DNA of 59,302 nt, the filler included, from Squatina squatina (taxonomy: Eukaryota), in assembly GCA_031763465.1 (NCBI GenBank). It is 4 parts of 4 records of this genome, joined end to end, with 100 filler letters (N's around TTAATTAATTAA, not from the genome) between each part and the next. Parts side by side here need not be neighbours in the genome. Positions count along the whole stretch, not along the records: positions 1 to 14,182 come from JARFOE010000121.1; 3 more parts are not named here. One strand, given 5' to 3'. Positions 1 to 13,415 of the stretch are shown here, piece by piece. Each line of letters starts with the position of its first letter. The first letter of the stretch is position 1. Below the pieces are notes generated by a model. The model was given only the letters and a program-made list of their open reading frames with translations, had not been told where the DNA came from and did not search any database. Both the position numbers and the translations under genes were made by a program.

Positions 1-299
1 ATGCTGCGTGCTAAAAAAAAAGAAAAGTCACTGGACAAATAAAGTCCACGAAACTGTGATATGTCGAAATAAAGACGGGGAACTAAATGTGGAGATCAAA
101 GGTGGCGCAGAGAATGGTCTGTTCTCATATCTGGGAGAAATGAAACAGAACAAAATTATCTACCAGGGTGGAAAACTGCATTCTGATGAGTTGTTGTTGG
201 AAGTCAATGACACAGCAGTGTCTGGACTCACTATCAGAGATGTTTTGGCTGTGATCAAACATTGTAAGGACCCAATTCGTTTGAAGTGTGTCAAACAAG
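1..299 (+). CDS. MAGI2: MAGI2 coding exon 1 (PDZ0 domain); apparent +1 frameshift in the A9 run at 13-21
   Basis: The frame from 8 reads KKKKSHWTNKVHETVICRNKDGELNVEIKGGAENG...GLTIRDVLAVIKHCKDPIRLKCVKQG, matching the recalled MAGI2 N-terminus (IRDVLAVIKHCKDP). Phase-1 donor G|gtacag at 299/300. The ATG at 1 comes into frame if one A is removed. Confidence 0.9.
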
Positions 300-1579
300 G
301 TACAGTAATCTTCATGTACTGTTAACTGCCAGTTTCTTATTAGGGCTCTATATGTTTGCCAGTGTTGTAATATGTAAATATTGTCAGTTTTTGTAAGTAA
401 CATCTGACGTGTCGAAAATTGCGTTCCTGTGAATCTCAGATAACGCGACAATAATTGCAGTAGTCAAGAGTGCTGATATAAAGTTTAGAATCAGTGGTCC
501 AAACAGGTACTGTTAAATATTTTCTTTTGGAGGATCTGTTTTAGTATGATTTATTATTGTAGAAATACGTTTGAGTATTGAAAAATTAAGAGGCAAAGTT
601 TTTTTCCTTCTTGCAAAACTGAGCATTCCTCTTAACTATTATAAAATTGCCACAACTGGTTATTTTTATTCCTTCCAGTAGAAAAATGATAGCATAGTGT
701 ATGGATAGTCTTAAATTATTGGTTTGTTCAATGCTCGTACTGTAGGGATGAGTGATGAGAACATGTCTTTGAAGTAAAATAAACCTGGTAATGAACTGAA
801 ATACTTGAGAGATTTTAAAACAAAAACCTTGATTGAATTATTTTCTATACAGGACATTACTAATGTTCTGTGATGAATATTTGTTGTCCCATTTGCTAGT
901 AATTCTTCTCCTAATATCCTTGGAACAGTGTTTATTTTCATGTGGGCACAATTACATTAATTTTACTTTCTGCTTTATTGTAGGCTGAATATAACATTAA
1001 TTTCTGTAGAACAATTGTAGTCATTTGGCACCTGAAGTAGTAATGACATATNNNNNNNNNNNNNNNNNNNNNNNNNNNNNNNNNNNNNNNNNNNNNNNNN
1101 NNNNNNNNNNNNNNNNNNNNNNNNNNNNNNNNNNNNNNNNNNNNNNNNNNNCGAGGGAACTTTGGAAGATCACAACCAATGCATCCACTATCTATAAGAA
1201 TAGAAGGATATGTTGATAGGGAGAGATGAAGGTTGGGAGGAGGCTCATGTGGAGCATCAACACCAGCGTAGGCTAGTTCAGCCAAATGGCCTTTTTGTGC
1301 TGTAAATTCGATATAGTACTTTGTTGTGCAGATTAACTATAATGATCGGGGCTAACCCGGCACCCGCCAATCAGGGCCGGCCTTCATTCCCTATCACTGC
1401 AGACTCCTGCCTCCAGCTAACTCGTTACATTCAAACCCCTCGCCCACTGTATGTCCCCTCCTCACAGAGCCATTTTGTAGCGCTGTACGGGTAATATTGG
1501 GCAGTGCGGGTGGTGCTCTGAGCTCAAGATCACTGTCGCAGCCCAATATTAGAAGCCTGAGGAGGAGGGGCCGATTCAA

Positions 1580-2191
1580 GAACTGTCTTTTTAGTATCCA
1601 GGGAAACTAATAATGAATCAAGGACTAGATGTAAGCAAGAAAACAGTATTAGAAACACTACTGGTACTGAAGACTGACAAATCCCCTGGACCTGATGGTC
1701 TCCACCCCAGGCTTTAAAAGATCAGTGAGGAAACTGCAAACGTTTTGCCATAATCTTCCAAAGCTCTCTCGATTCAGCAACTGTTCCTTTAGACTGGAAA
1801 TTGCAAGTGTAACTCCATCATTTAAGAAATGCATGACAGAGAAACCAGGAAGTTATAGACCTATTAGTCTAAAATCTGTTGTGGGGAAGTTATTGGAGTG
1901 ACTGAGCACATGGAGAAATTTGATCTGATTGGAGAGCCGACGTGGCCCTTTTAGTGGCTGGTAACGTCGAACAAGCCTAATTGGGGAACAGAAGTAGTAG
2001 ACAGGGAAATGTCTGTGGGTATAGTTTAGATGGATTTCCAGAAGACATTCGATGAAGTTCCACACAAAAGACTGTAGCTAAAATTAAAGCTCATGGAATT
2101 GAAGGTAAATTATTGAGCTGGTTAGGAGGAGATTGGTCAGGCGGTGGAAGAGAGTAGGGATACAGAGTGGGTCTGTACTCGAATTGGGAGG
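1580..2191 (+). mobile_element. Degraded CR1 LINE ORF2 (RT) fragment
   Basis: Motifs DKSPGPDGLHP, YRPISLKSVVGKLLE and MDFQKTFDEVPH, broken by frameshifts and stops. Confidence 0.85.
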
Positions 2192-4534
2192 NNNNNNNNN
2201 NNNNNNNNNNNNNNNNNNNNNNNNNNNNNNNNNNNNNNNNNNNNNNNNNNNNNNNNNNNNNNNNNNNNNNNNNNNNNNNNNNNNNNNNNNNNNNNNNNNN
2301 NNNNNNNNNNNNNNNNNNNNNNNNNNNNNNNNNNNNNNNNNNNNNNNNNNNNNNNNNNNNNNNNNNNNNNNNNNNNNNNNNNNNNNNNNNNNNNNNNNNN
2401 NNNNNNNNNNNNNNNNNNNNNNNNNNNNNNNNNNNNNNNNNNNNNNNNNNNNNNNNNNNNNNNNNNNNNNNNNNNNNNNNNNNNNNNNNNNNNNNNNNNN
2501 NNNNNNNNNNNNNNNNNNNNNNNNNNNNNNNNNNNNNNNNNNNNNNNNNNNNNNNNNNNNNNNNNNNNNNNNNNNNNNNNNNNNNNNNNNNNNNNNNNNN
2601 NNNNNNNNNNNNNNNNNNNNNNNNNNNNNNNNNNNNNNNNNNNNNNNNNNNNNNNNNNNNNNNNNNNNNNNNNNNNNNNNNNNNNNNNNNNNNNNNNNNN
2701 NNNNNNNNNNNNNNNNNNNNNNNNNNNNNNNNNNNNNNNNNNNNNNNNNNNNNNNNNNNNNNNNNNNNNNNNNNNNNNNNNNNNNNNNNNNNNNNNNNNN
2801 NNNNNNNNNNNNNNNNNNNNNNNNNNNNNNNNNNNNNNNNNNNNNNNNNNNNNNNNNNNNNNNNNNNNNNNNNNATTTGAACACAGAACTTGTGCAAACT
2901 GCTTGTAAGTGTCCAGTGCGTGATAGAAATGTGACCAGTTAAGATAACATGGAATGGGTGGGGGTGGGGTGGGGTGGTGGAATTGGAAATATGTATAAAG
3001 GGGGATAAATAATACTGCACATCAGGAACTTTGAATACCCATGTTTGTGTAATAAGGGCCCTGAGGGCTTTTGCCTATTTCCAGGAAAGGTCGTGGTCAT
3101 CTTTTTGATAAGCTTCAAATTGATTCTTGCACACAGTTGGATAGAAACAAACTTGTTTTTATATCTGAGTGCACAGCAGGTACAAACCGATCACATGCTA
3201 TGAAGGAAAATGAGCGAGATGCACCACGCCGGAAGCTACCTTGGCAATACATGCAATTAGGCTTGTTTCAGCAGACTTCATTCCATACACAGCTAGTCTG
3301 TCCAAATGAAATACATTCACTCATTTTCTCACCAGAACCGGCCCCAGGACACTGAAAGTGAGAGCAGCAAAATCCTGGACCTTCTCTTGGAAAGAAAGAA
3401 GTGGTTTGAAAGTGAATTTTTCTTTGTACTTGAGTTTCTTCCAAAAGTTATTTGCCCAGAAACCAAGTGCATGTCTGTTTGCAATTAGCTAGCCACGTTT
3501 TTCTAAGTAGCTTCTCCCATATAAGTAGCCTCTTGGTTCTTTCCGGTTTCATTGCTGTGGCAGTGATAAGGACGCTCTGCAGAGATAGCAATACAAGATG
3601 CCACAGATCCGATGACTATAAGACAAATTCGCTCTGGTTGTTGTATTTAAGTGGCCCTGGATTTCCTCAAAACTGCATCTGAGGTGAGCCTGATATACTG
3701 TCATTGTTAACTTTTTCTCAGATCTCAGCTTACAGATATTTATATTTTTCATTCATCATTTTAAAAATTATTTTTCAACCCTTTTATTAACTCAAATGCT
3801 TCATGGGTTGAAGTGTTGATGTGCAATATTTGTGGCGGACACTTGAATTCATTGGTATAAAATTCCTTTGGCCACTATTTTAACGAAGGTGTTAAACTAG
3901 AATTGGTAAAAACAGCAGGCAGAAGAATTCCATACAGATGCAGATATTACTAATGTCACTCAGTATGATTCCAGTCTGTCGGTGTCCTTTTAAAATGTTA
4001 ACTTCTACAAAGGAAATTTAAATTTTATTTTTTGCAGTTGATATTTTACTTCTAACTGATTTGGGTAGCTGTGGACTAGGGTTCAATATTAACAATAGAA
4101 ATATAAGGCTCTATTCCAATTAACCTGTAACTTATTTTGCCAAGAAATACACTTGAATCGAGATTTTTATAATCTGCAGATAAAATTGGGCAATGTGAAA
4201 ATCTTTGTAGCATATCCCCATTAATCACTGTAATTCAATTGAAACAAAAACAGGAAACTGTTTTATATATATATATATATGTTAGGAGTGATTAGATTAC
4301 AGAAATGGGGTGCTGGTTCCGTGTAACAGTGGATTGATTTGTTACACTTAGCAATAAAAACTGGATGGTTTGGGTTGGTAACTCTGTGAAATAGGAGTTA
4401 ATGGAACATGGCACCGTTCATTGGAATCCTGTGCTTGGACAGTTAGCCACTTATCCAACCATTGCTGTAAATGAAATGGACTCAATATTTGCAATTAAAC
4501 ATATTTATTTAGAACATGTTCACCAGGCCCCCCA

Positions 4535-4865
4535 AGACTTAGATGAGGAGGAGAGATTGCCATGTACTAGGCTTGTATTCCCTAGAATATAAAAGGTTAA
4601 GGGGTAATCTGATTGAGCATTTTAGGATTTTGAAAGGAATTACTAGGGTAGATAGAAACTTTTTCCACTGCTGGGGGTGTCTAGGACAAGGGAAAGTAAC
4701 CTTAAAATCAGAGCCAGGCCATTCAGGAGATAAGTTAGGGTGACAGAAGTGTGGAACACTCTCCCACAAAAAGCAGTGGATGTTGGATCAATTAATAATT
4801 TTAAATCTGAGATTGCAAAGATTTTTGCTAGCCATGAGTATTAAGGGACATGGAACCAAGGTGCG
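4535..4865 (+). mobile_element. CR1 LINE ORF2 3' end fragment
   Basis: LGLYSLEYKRLRGNLIEHFRILKG is the typical CR1 C-terminal motif. Confidence 0.8.
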
Positions 4866-6293
4866 TGAATTATCTTTCATTGGTGACTGTGAGTACCGCT
4901 GGAGGATCCTGAGCAGGGCAAACCCAATGCCCATCCTTCAACAGGCATTAGGCCCCTAATTTCCATATTCAAGGNNNNNNNNNNNNNNNNNNNNNNNNNN
5001 NNNNNNNNNNNNNNNNNNNNNNNNNNNNNNNNNNNNNNNNNNNNNNNNNNNNNNNNNNNNNNNNNNNNNNNNNNATGAAGAACTCCAGCGTGCCAGTGAC
5101 TTACCAGGACACACTCCCTGTAAGTGCAATTCCTCTGGGAGCGTTGGATTGCAGAATCATCTTTTCTATATCTTTCAATATCTCCAGTTTTCTAGTGCTG
5201 ATTATAAATAATTAATGCTCAACATGTGATGAAAATGTAGCATTCTTTCATACTAATGTAGGTTCTATTAGATTGTTCCTTAATAAGTTTTTAATGTTGC
5301 TAATGCTTGCATTCCATTTGAATATCCTCTGGCTCTTCCTTTGATCCAGTACCGTAAAAAGTCAGATCAAGATGGCTTTTTGACTTAAGTAGAATGCTAT
5401 GCTATAATGGGTTTTGTTTGTTTACTTGCAGATTTTGAGATTTTCTACCGGTTGGCTGATTTTTCTGAGTGGCCTATTAACTGTAAAGAAGGATATTTAA
5501 TCTTACCACATTTCTCACAAGCAGTGATTTACTATTGAAGTGCTGTAATTGTTACATGGACAAATGGGATAACCATTTTACACACAGTATGACCCCACAA
5601 CATAAAGGACCACTTAATCTGTATTTGATGGTGCTGTTTGAAGAATATTGGGCGGCACTATTATTTGATTACTGAGTTTTTAACATTCACCTGAACCACC
5701 AGAACAGGTAAACAGAGCTTCATGTTAACATCTCATCTGACCTCCCACAATGCTGCACTAGTTATGTTTGACACCACAGCCTGTAGAGTTAGATTAAGAG
5801 CTGAGCCAACTGAGCCAAACTGCCATCTAGCTGCCAAAATGAAAAATTTGAGCACTCAAACCAGTATTTTGTAAGAATTTATTCTCCACAGATTGTCATG
5901 ACCATGAAATGGATTTGGAGCATTTTGTTTTACTAAAGAGTTGAATCTGTATAGATAGGAAAAGTTAGCTTTCTACCTAAGTCTCCTTTGTTAGTGACTT
6001 TCTAAACCAGTCATAGATGAGTAATTAAGGGTTATGCTTGCCCTAGAGCTGGACAAGCAGCTTTTGTTTCTTATGTCCTTTTGTTCCATCTGACCTCGTG
6101 CCCGGATTGCGCCGATTAGCGGNNNNNNNNNNNNNNNNNNNNNNNNNNNNNNNNNNNNNNNNNNNNNNNNNNNNNNNNNNNNNNNNNNNNNNNNNNNNNN
6201 NNNNNNNNNNNNNNNNNNNNNNTATTTTGCTTTCTGTAAATGATTTAATTCTAATTTATATTTTCTGCTTTATACTCCCTGATTTAGACTCTG

Positions 6294-7088
6294 TGGGCTA
6301 GAAATTCAGCTCTTGTTGCGGCCCGTTAGCGCCTCCAAGGTGCGCTAATGGGGCGAAACAGGACAAATTGGCTCCAGGAGGCTGCCATCTTGCCTCCCAG
6401 GGAATTCACCTGGGCGCAAAGGCCTTTATGCCTGGTCCGGCAAATTCCACGGTGGGTCGGCGAGTGATGTCCTAAAGACGAGCGCCGACCCGCACTGCGT
6501 AGCCATGCCCCCTTTGCGCTCCGTTAGCGTCACGCGGGCGGAATTCATCCATGAGATGCGGTCGCAGCGCCGGGCGGATACAGTGACAGCAAAATCTATC
6601 GCTGCAATGGCCCTTTTAAATGGGAGAGTCTGTGTGCCTGCGGCCGCCATCTTTATTTATCAGCCAACACTCATGTCGGCCGACTGATGACGGCCCACTG
6701 CCCAATCGGGCCACCATCCCCTCGCCTGGCTCGTCAACTGGCATGCCAGGCCGATATCCCGATCGCTGTTGTCCCTGCTGGCCCAGTGGTGGGCTGCGGG
6801 GCGCCGTTAGGATGGCCAGCGTCCCTCCCTTTTAATGGAGGCCTGGCTGCACTGTTGATGTCAGCACGCAATGACTCTAACATGGCGCAGCTGACGTCAC
6901 TCGCGTGGCGCTGAGGCCACACCAGTGACGTCCCAGGCCAGCCGCACCAGTTCCACCCGGGAGTGAGGCCGACAGTGCTGCGCCTTGCTTCTGCCCCGGA
7001 ACGGCAAATTCTGCAGTGGGCAGGGTGGGAGCTGGCGCGGAAAATGTCGGCTCCCGCCCCGAAGCGGCACAGGTAAATTTCGCACCCT
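6294..7088. mobile_element. GC/CpG-rich non-autonomous DNA transposon (Harbinger-type MITE)
   Basis: Sharp GC-rich block in an AT-rich intron with imperfect inverted ends GGGCTAGAAATT ... AAATTTCGCACCC; no credible ORF. Confidence 0.5.
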
Positions 7089-9383
7089 TTGTGTCTCGAT
7101 GAGGATTCTTCAATCTGACTGGTTGAAGACCCTCACTGTTTCTTGGCCTGCTCACAGATGCCACAGGTCCCGTGTAGAGGGTGCCACTCTGGAAAAGACG
7201 CAGGATTGGAAGAAATCTACTCTGAGAAGCCTATGGAAGCTATGTGGGCATCTATGGCAAGTGCCGTTCCTTCGCCACTGATCTCAAAATCTGGGCCATT
7301 GTTTTAATGCTTTGCTGAGGCTTCCAGTATGCCCTGGTGCTTCACGGAGTTCAGTAAGCAGTGGGATCCACTGGCCATTAATGCTAATGTAGCATTGCTG
7401 TACCTGGGCTCAAACTCCCCTTGGGGAGGCCAACCACTATGTGACGGATTAGGAAAAGAAAAAATTCGCTGAAAATTAAAAAAAAAATGTATTTTAAACA
7501 CCCCGGCAGGACAGGACCATCATCAGTATTTCTAGCCTGTCGACTCAGAAAACATCCATACTGGAGTCTGAGGGTCCCGGTATTATACTTAAGGAATGAG
7601 AAAAAGGGATGCTGCTCCAATTTCCTGCTACTTGCATGTTTTTACAGTGTATTCTTTAAATATGCTCCACCCTAAGTATACCAGTCCTAGGGAGCAAAAC
7701 ATTTCATGTTAAGTACTGCAGCTACTAGTTTTACACTCCTGAGATTTTGACAATTAAGACCATTGCAAGCAAGTTATACTAGTCCACTTGCAGTACTTGC
7801 AAATTAGGGAAAGCAGAGCAATATGTGTGCTCATTTAAAGCACAAACGCAGTACTGTGCTCACCACTTGCTGATATTTTAATATCAATAACAACAACTTG
7901 AATTTATATAGCGCCTTTAACGTAGTAACATATCCCAAGATGTAATAGTAGAAAAGGGATGACTTTCCCTTTGAACATTTTCTAGCACGAAGAACCAGGT
8001 GGCATATTGGAATAGCGTAACTTTCTCAATTTAAATTTAAGTTTATAATGTCTACTTTTTTTAAAGTGATAGTTGCATTGCTAGTAAAGCGTAATTGCAT
8101 AGCCTGTACAAGCAAATGTTGTCTATATATACAGAACAATGTGTGTGTATTAACTTCCATTCATAATTTTACGAGTAATAGCAGTGTAATGAATATCTTC
8201 TTTATGGTCTGGCACTGTTAGTTTATTCCTGTTGATTTTATTAACAGACTGTCTGATGTGGGAATATCTGCCTATCTTTTTCATACAGTGCTTCTTGGAA
8301 TTATCCTTTGGCCAGCTGGACATATGGCTACCATTTTCTGAATTCTAATCTAATGCATTATTTGAGATTAAGAATTAAAGTTTTGTTATTCACAGAATAC
8401 CCTCTTTGTGATGTAAATAATTCTTTTGCAGATTATTTTCAATGCAAACACTCTGAAACCTTGAATTGCTTAGTGTCTTTGCTTGTATGCATGTGGAGTG
8501 GTCACATGACTAGTATCTTGTCATTCTGCCCTTTTATAAGGAAATCCTGAGGTAATAGATAGGGGTGGATACAGGGGTCATTGTGCTGGCAGATGTAAAT
8601 GACCCTGATTAAATAGTAGCTGACTGGAAATAGCTTGCTTCATCACTTGAGAGGGGGGGGAAAGCAAAGAGCTCAGCTGCAGTTTTTCCATGTTGGGTCT
8701 GGTTTGAGTGGAAATTTCTGGATGCATGTACTGCAAGTCCACAGCACAGCTGAGGCTAATGCTATCAGAATGATTTTTTTATTCACCCAAAATGGAATTA
8801 ACATTGCAGGTGGTCTACATCTAACAGAAAGGCACGCAAATTGACCATCTTAAACAGGTAGGCAAGCCTCTTTTTACAGTGAAGATTGCAATCTTTACCA
8901 GAAATTGTACACACCAATAAATCATGATTTTAATTGTAACTGTAAAATGTAGCTGGGAGGGTGACTAGATGGGGTCTTGTACAGTGGCAATAAGCTGTCG
9001 GTAGCTGATAATTTTTTTAGGAAGCAGATGAGAAATGGCTCCGTTCAGATACTGATGCAGCATGAGACTATAGACAGCCCTGATTTTTTTCGATACTGTT
9101 ATCACTGTTGAACATGGTGTTGATAGTGACAGCCTCGTGGTTCATTTCCCCCTGTGATGTGACTTATAGCTTCTATTTGTATGGTGTGAAATACTAGTNN
9201 NNNNNNNNNNNNNNNNNNNNNNNNNNNNNNNNNNNNNNNNNNNNNNNNNNNNNNNNNNNNNNNNNNNNNNNNNNNNNNNNNNNNNNNNNNNNNNNNNNTT
9301 GTGAGTTATCGCTAAGAAGAATGGACAATCTACACATTAATGTTTTATTCACAGTTAACTTGTTTCTTCCCTAGCTTTTATAA

Positions 9384-9590
<207 letters not shown>

Positions 9591-10464
9591 TAAATTTGTT
9601 ATGGATAGTCCTTACCGAGGTACTGCATTTGCAATTCTGAGTTCACAGGTACAGACAATACATCCTACTGATAATATCTGCTATAAATGTCAGATTGCAA
9701 TGATCGCTGATAAAGTGTCTTAATTAACATTGCAATCAGGTTTGTGATTCTCATTAGATTCTGAACAACAACTGTTTGAACACTTTGTAATGATAGCAAA
9801 GCATTATTTGTTTATGGATGGTGTTCTGTTTATTTTATTAATAAATGATCAATTCTCTTTACCAGAATTATAATTAGAGGAAAGCAGAACTATAAAATGT
9901 CTGATCTGGAATCTTGTAGTAGCTTCCAGTTCAGATTACCTCTTGATGTGTTTGCAATGTGCCTGTGGGAGGAGGAGGAAATAGGCCTTCTAATTGTGCA
10001 TGAGCTTGTGCTTCCAGCATTAGCACTGATGATGCTGAGATTACTCCTGGGTATGTTATGAACTACATTTCCTCAGATTTTCCAGCCTTCTGGTACATTT
10101 TGCTGAAAATTGTGAATGCAGAGAAAACAGTATTGTTATAACAATGGTCCAGACCTTGCTGTACAAATAACGGCATATTAACGACACGCGCTGTTATTAC
10201 TATGTAAATCGGCCAGCAAGTTCAGGGAATTAAGAGATACACCATGATTTGTGAATCACCAGAACTTGCCGGTCAATTTACACNNNNNNNNNNNNNNNNN
10301 NNNNNNNNNNNNNNNNNNNNNNNNNNNNNNNNNNNNNNNNNNNNNNNNNNNNNNNNNNNNNNNNNNNNNNNNNNNNNNNNNNNTTACCTCTGGGGTATTC
10401 TGCTTTTCATAAACTGGGGCTAATCTGCCTTTTCTTTGTATTTATAAAAAAAAAAATTATTGCA

Positions 10465-10945
10465 ACTCGATGGTGTAGGGGGGAGGGATTCAAATTCCTG
10501 GGACTTTGGGACCGGATCTGTTGAAGGTGGGAGCAGTTCAAACTGGACTGGTTGCACCTGGGCAGGGGTAGGGGCAGGACCAGGACCGATTTCCTCGGGG
10601 TGGGAGTTTGCTGGTGCTGTCCAGGAGGTTTTAAACCAGATTGGCAGCGGGATCGGAACCGGAGCAGGGAGACAGAGGAAGGGGAAAAAAAGATAGAAAT
10701 GAAAGACTGGAAACAAAAAGGCAAAAGTGGAAGGCGTAGGAATTGAGGGCGAGAAAGAAACAGGGCCATAGTGCAAAATAATGCTAAGATGACTAAGAAT
10801 GTTAGAACGACAACTCTTAAGGCTGTGTGTCTTAATGCGCGGGGCATTCGCAATAAACTAGATGAATTAATCGCGCAAATAGATGTAAATGGGTATGATA
10901 TAATTGGAATGGTATGATATAATTGGGATTGCGGAGACATGGCTG
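10465..10945 (+). mobile_element. CR1 LINE fragment spanning the ORF1 C-terminus (esterase-like) to the ORF2 endonuclease N-terminus
   Basis: RWCRGEGFKFLG...WLHLG and FAGAVQEVLN (ORF1 end), then LKAVCLNARGIRNKLDELIAQID...DIIGIAETWL (APE endonuclease start). Confidence 0.8.
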
Positions 10946-11143
10946 NNNNNNNNNNNNNNNNNNNNNNNNNNNNNNNNNNNNNNNNNNNNNNNNNNNNNNN
11001 NNNNNNNNNNNNNNNNNNNNNNNNNNNNNNNNNNNNNNNNNNNNNTTGTAATTTGTACTGATTTCATATTACGGGCATTTGACTTACCTACATGCATCTT
11101 TGAAATGTAACGCTAAATAGGAATTTACTGTTGTCTTTTGCAG

Positions 11144-11362
11144 ACAATTACTATGGCACTCCAAAACCCCCGGCAGAACCAACTCCACTGCTGCTAAATG
11201 TGACTGATCAGATTCTGCCTGGTGCCAGACCTAGTGCTGAGGGTAAAAGGAAAAGAAACAAGTCAGTAAGTAACATGGAGAAAGCTGGAATTGTCCCTCC
11301 TGAAGAAGAGGAAGAAGAAGAGAGGCCTGTTGTCAATGGAAATGGAGTCACAATAACACCAG
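11144..11362 (+). CDS. MAGI2: MAGI2 exon 4, 219 nt
   Basis: Acceptor ttttgcag|AC; reads (D)NYYGTPKPPAEPTPLLLNVTDQILPGARPSAEGKRKRNKSVSNMEKAGIVPPEEEEEEERPVVNGNGVTITP; donor G|gtcagt; splices in frame with exon 3. Confidence 0.93.
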
Positions 11363-11457
11363 GTCAGTATAGCATTATTGTTTTCCCCCCTTTTAGATGC
11401 GGGGAGATATTGAGACTTCAAAGGACTCATTGTACTGGCATATACTTCATGAGATAT

Positions 11458-12163
11458 GGGGCCAGAATTTGCTGTGAGCGCCAATAGACATATGCCCATA
11501 TACTTTCCATTTGATACGGCAAGTTGCTGTCAGCGGGACATCTAAATTGCGCAGCGCTCTCTACAGGGGACCTGGGACCTGTGTGAACAGGGAAAGCAAC
11601 TGTGTATCTCCTTAACCAATCAGGTTGAAGCATCATTAATGAGCAGCGCAGAGTCTGAACCAGGAAGTTTAAGTTAGAATAATGAATTCAATGTCAAATC
11701 AGGTACAGAAAGGGAAAGAAAGATTGGGTTTAGAGAGAAATAAAAGGGACCGAAAGAAAAAGTAACACAAGTTTTTTTTTAAATCTCCAACAGTAATTAA
11801 AACCTGAAGTGAAGAGACTCCATACTTATTACATTAATTTTCAATGCCAGAGAGATTGTTTGGCAGGAATTAAGACTTACCACGCCATTAAAAGGGTACT
11901 TAGACTGTAGTGACTTGACTTAACTTTTTGTGGCGAGTTTGATTATACTACATCAATAGAAGAACTTCATGCCGTTCAATACATTTGAATGGGGAGCCAG
12001 ACGACGAAATGCCCTTTTCTCGCAGCTTACAGAAGAGCACGCATCTAGGACAGCAACTTCAGGAATTTCGCGTTTTAACTGCGTAAGTTGCTGTCCGATT
12101 TGCGCATTAAAAAACAGAGCGCTGTTACCCTCAACATTATTTTTCACAGCAAAATCCGGCCTC
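11458..12163. mobile_element. ~700-bp MITE-like DNA transposon with ~20-bp terminal inverted repeats
   Basis: Left end GGGGCCAGAATTTGCTGTGA; right end TCACAGCAAAATCCGGCCTC (reverse complement GAGGCCGGATTTTGCTGTGA); flanks TAT and TTA. Confidence 0.7.
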
Positions 12164-12446
12164 TTATGTTAACTGTATATAAAACCCTATGGGTTAGGAG
12201 TACTTCAACTGATTTTAATCAAGTATAAGAAGTGACTCCATATTATCAAATGCAAGGTTCATTTCACAATTGAACCTGGTGAAAATTGTGTGTCTTGCTT
12301 CTCACCAGTAAACAATTTGCCTCCTCATTAACATAAACATTCTCCCNNNNNNNNNNNNNNNNNNNNNNNNNNNNNNNNNNNNNNNNNNNNNNNNNNNNNN
12401 NNNNNNNNNNNNNNNNNNNNNNNNNNNNNNNNNNNNNNNNNNNNNN

Positions 12447-13415
12447 CTTGGAACCATTTTTGTAAATCTTTTCTGCGCCCTCTCTAAGGTCTTCACATCT
12501 TTCCTGAAGTGCGGTGCCCAGAAATGTCCACAACACCCCAGCTGAGGTCTAACCAGTGAATAGGGAAAGATTATTTCCTCTGGTCTGGGAGCCAGTGATG
12601 AGGGGGTCCAGCATCAATTCAGAACTGTCGCTAAGAGAACGGTGAGAGAGTGGGAGGAATTTCTTAATTAGAGCATGGGATATTTTGCCACCCGGAATGG
12701 TTAAGGAATAAACCATTGCATCTTTTAAGGGAAGAGTGGAGAACCATTTGACATGGAGGAAGATACAGGGCTACAGGGGCGAGAGCAGAACAGTGGCAAT
12801 AGTTTTGGATTGCTCTTGCTAAGGGCCGCCACAGACACGATGGGCCGTGTGGCCTCCCTCTGGCATGACCACTGTCCAGTGATCTCAAATGGAAGGTGCC
12901 AAGTGTGTGGACATGAGATGAAGGCAAGCTTGTCTCCATGGTGGACCAGCAGGCGATCCATCAGACCAGCAAGCTTCCAGGCCGATGCTGAATTCACTGC
13001 CCTCAGCTGTCTGCACTCCCGAGTTGGGTAGAAGGATCGAAGCCGGTGTTGTCACTCTTGGTCGCCACCCAGACCTTGAGTGTGGACATTGGGTGAGGAG
13101 AAGGTGGGTTAATGTCCCCCATGATGGTTGTTCTCCTTAGAGCAAAGCAGGGTAAGAAGAGATCTAATAGAGGTGTTCAAAATCAGGAACGGTTTTGAGT
13201 AAGTATGAAGAAACAGTTTCCGCCAGCAGTACCCAGCGGACACAGATTTAAGGTGATTGGCAAAAGAACCAGAGGCGAAATGAACAGAATTGGATAAATA
13301 CTTGAAGGGAAAAAATTTACATGGATATGGGGAAGGAGCCGGGGAGTAGAGCGAATTGGAGAGCTCTTTCAAAGAGCTGGCACAAGCACGATGGGCCAGT
13401 TGGCCTCAATCTTTG
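12447..13415. mobile_element. Cluster of CR1 3'-end fragments in both orientations, with an intervening unclassified repeat
   Basis: Minus strand LERAQKRFTKMVP; plus strand FSLEQSRVRRDLIEVFKI; CR1-like 3' tails (atgggcc...tggcctc). Confidence 0.7.

Noticed and set aside
2955-4280. (GGGGT)n G-quadruplex-like tract near 2955-2980 and (TA)n near 4264-4279
   Set aside because: Short, ordinary simple repeats with no supporting context.
6426-7281. GC-rich block with several short ORFs as bacterial contamination or a horizontally transferred gene
   Set aside because: No coherent protein; it has inverted ends and resembles other GC-rich elements in the window, so a MITE is the better explanation.
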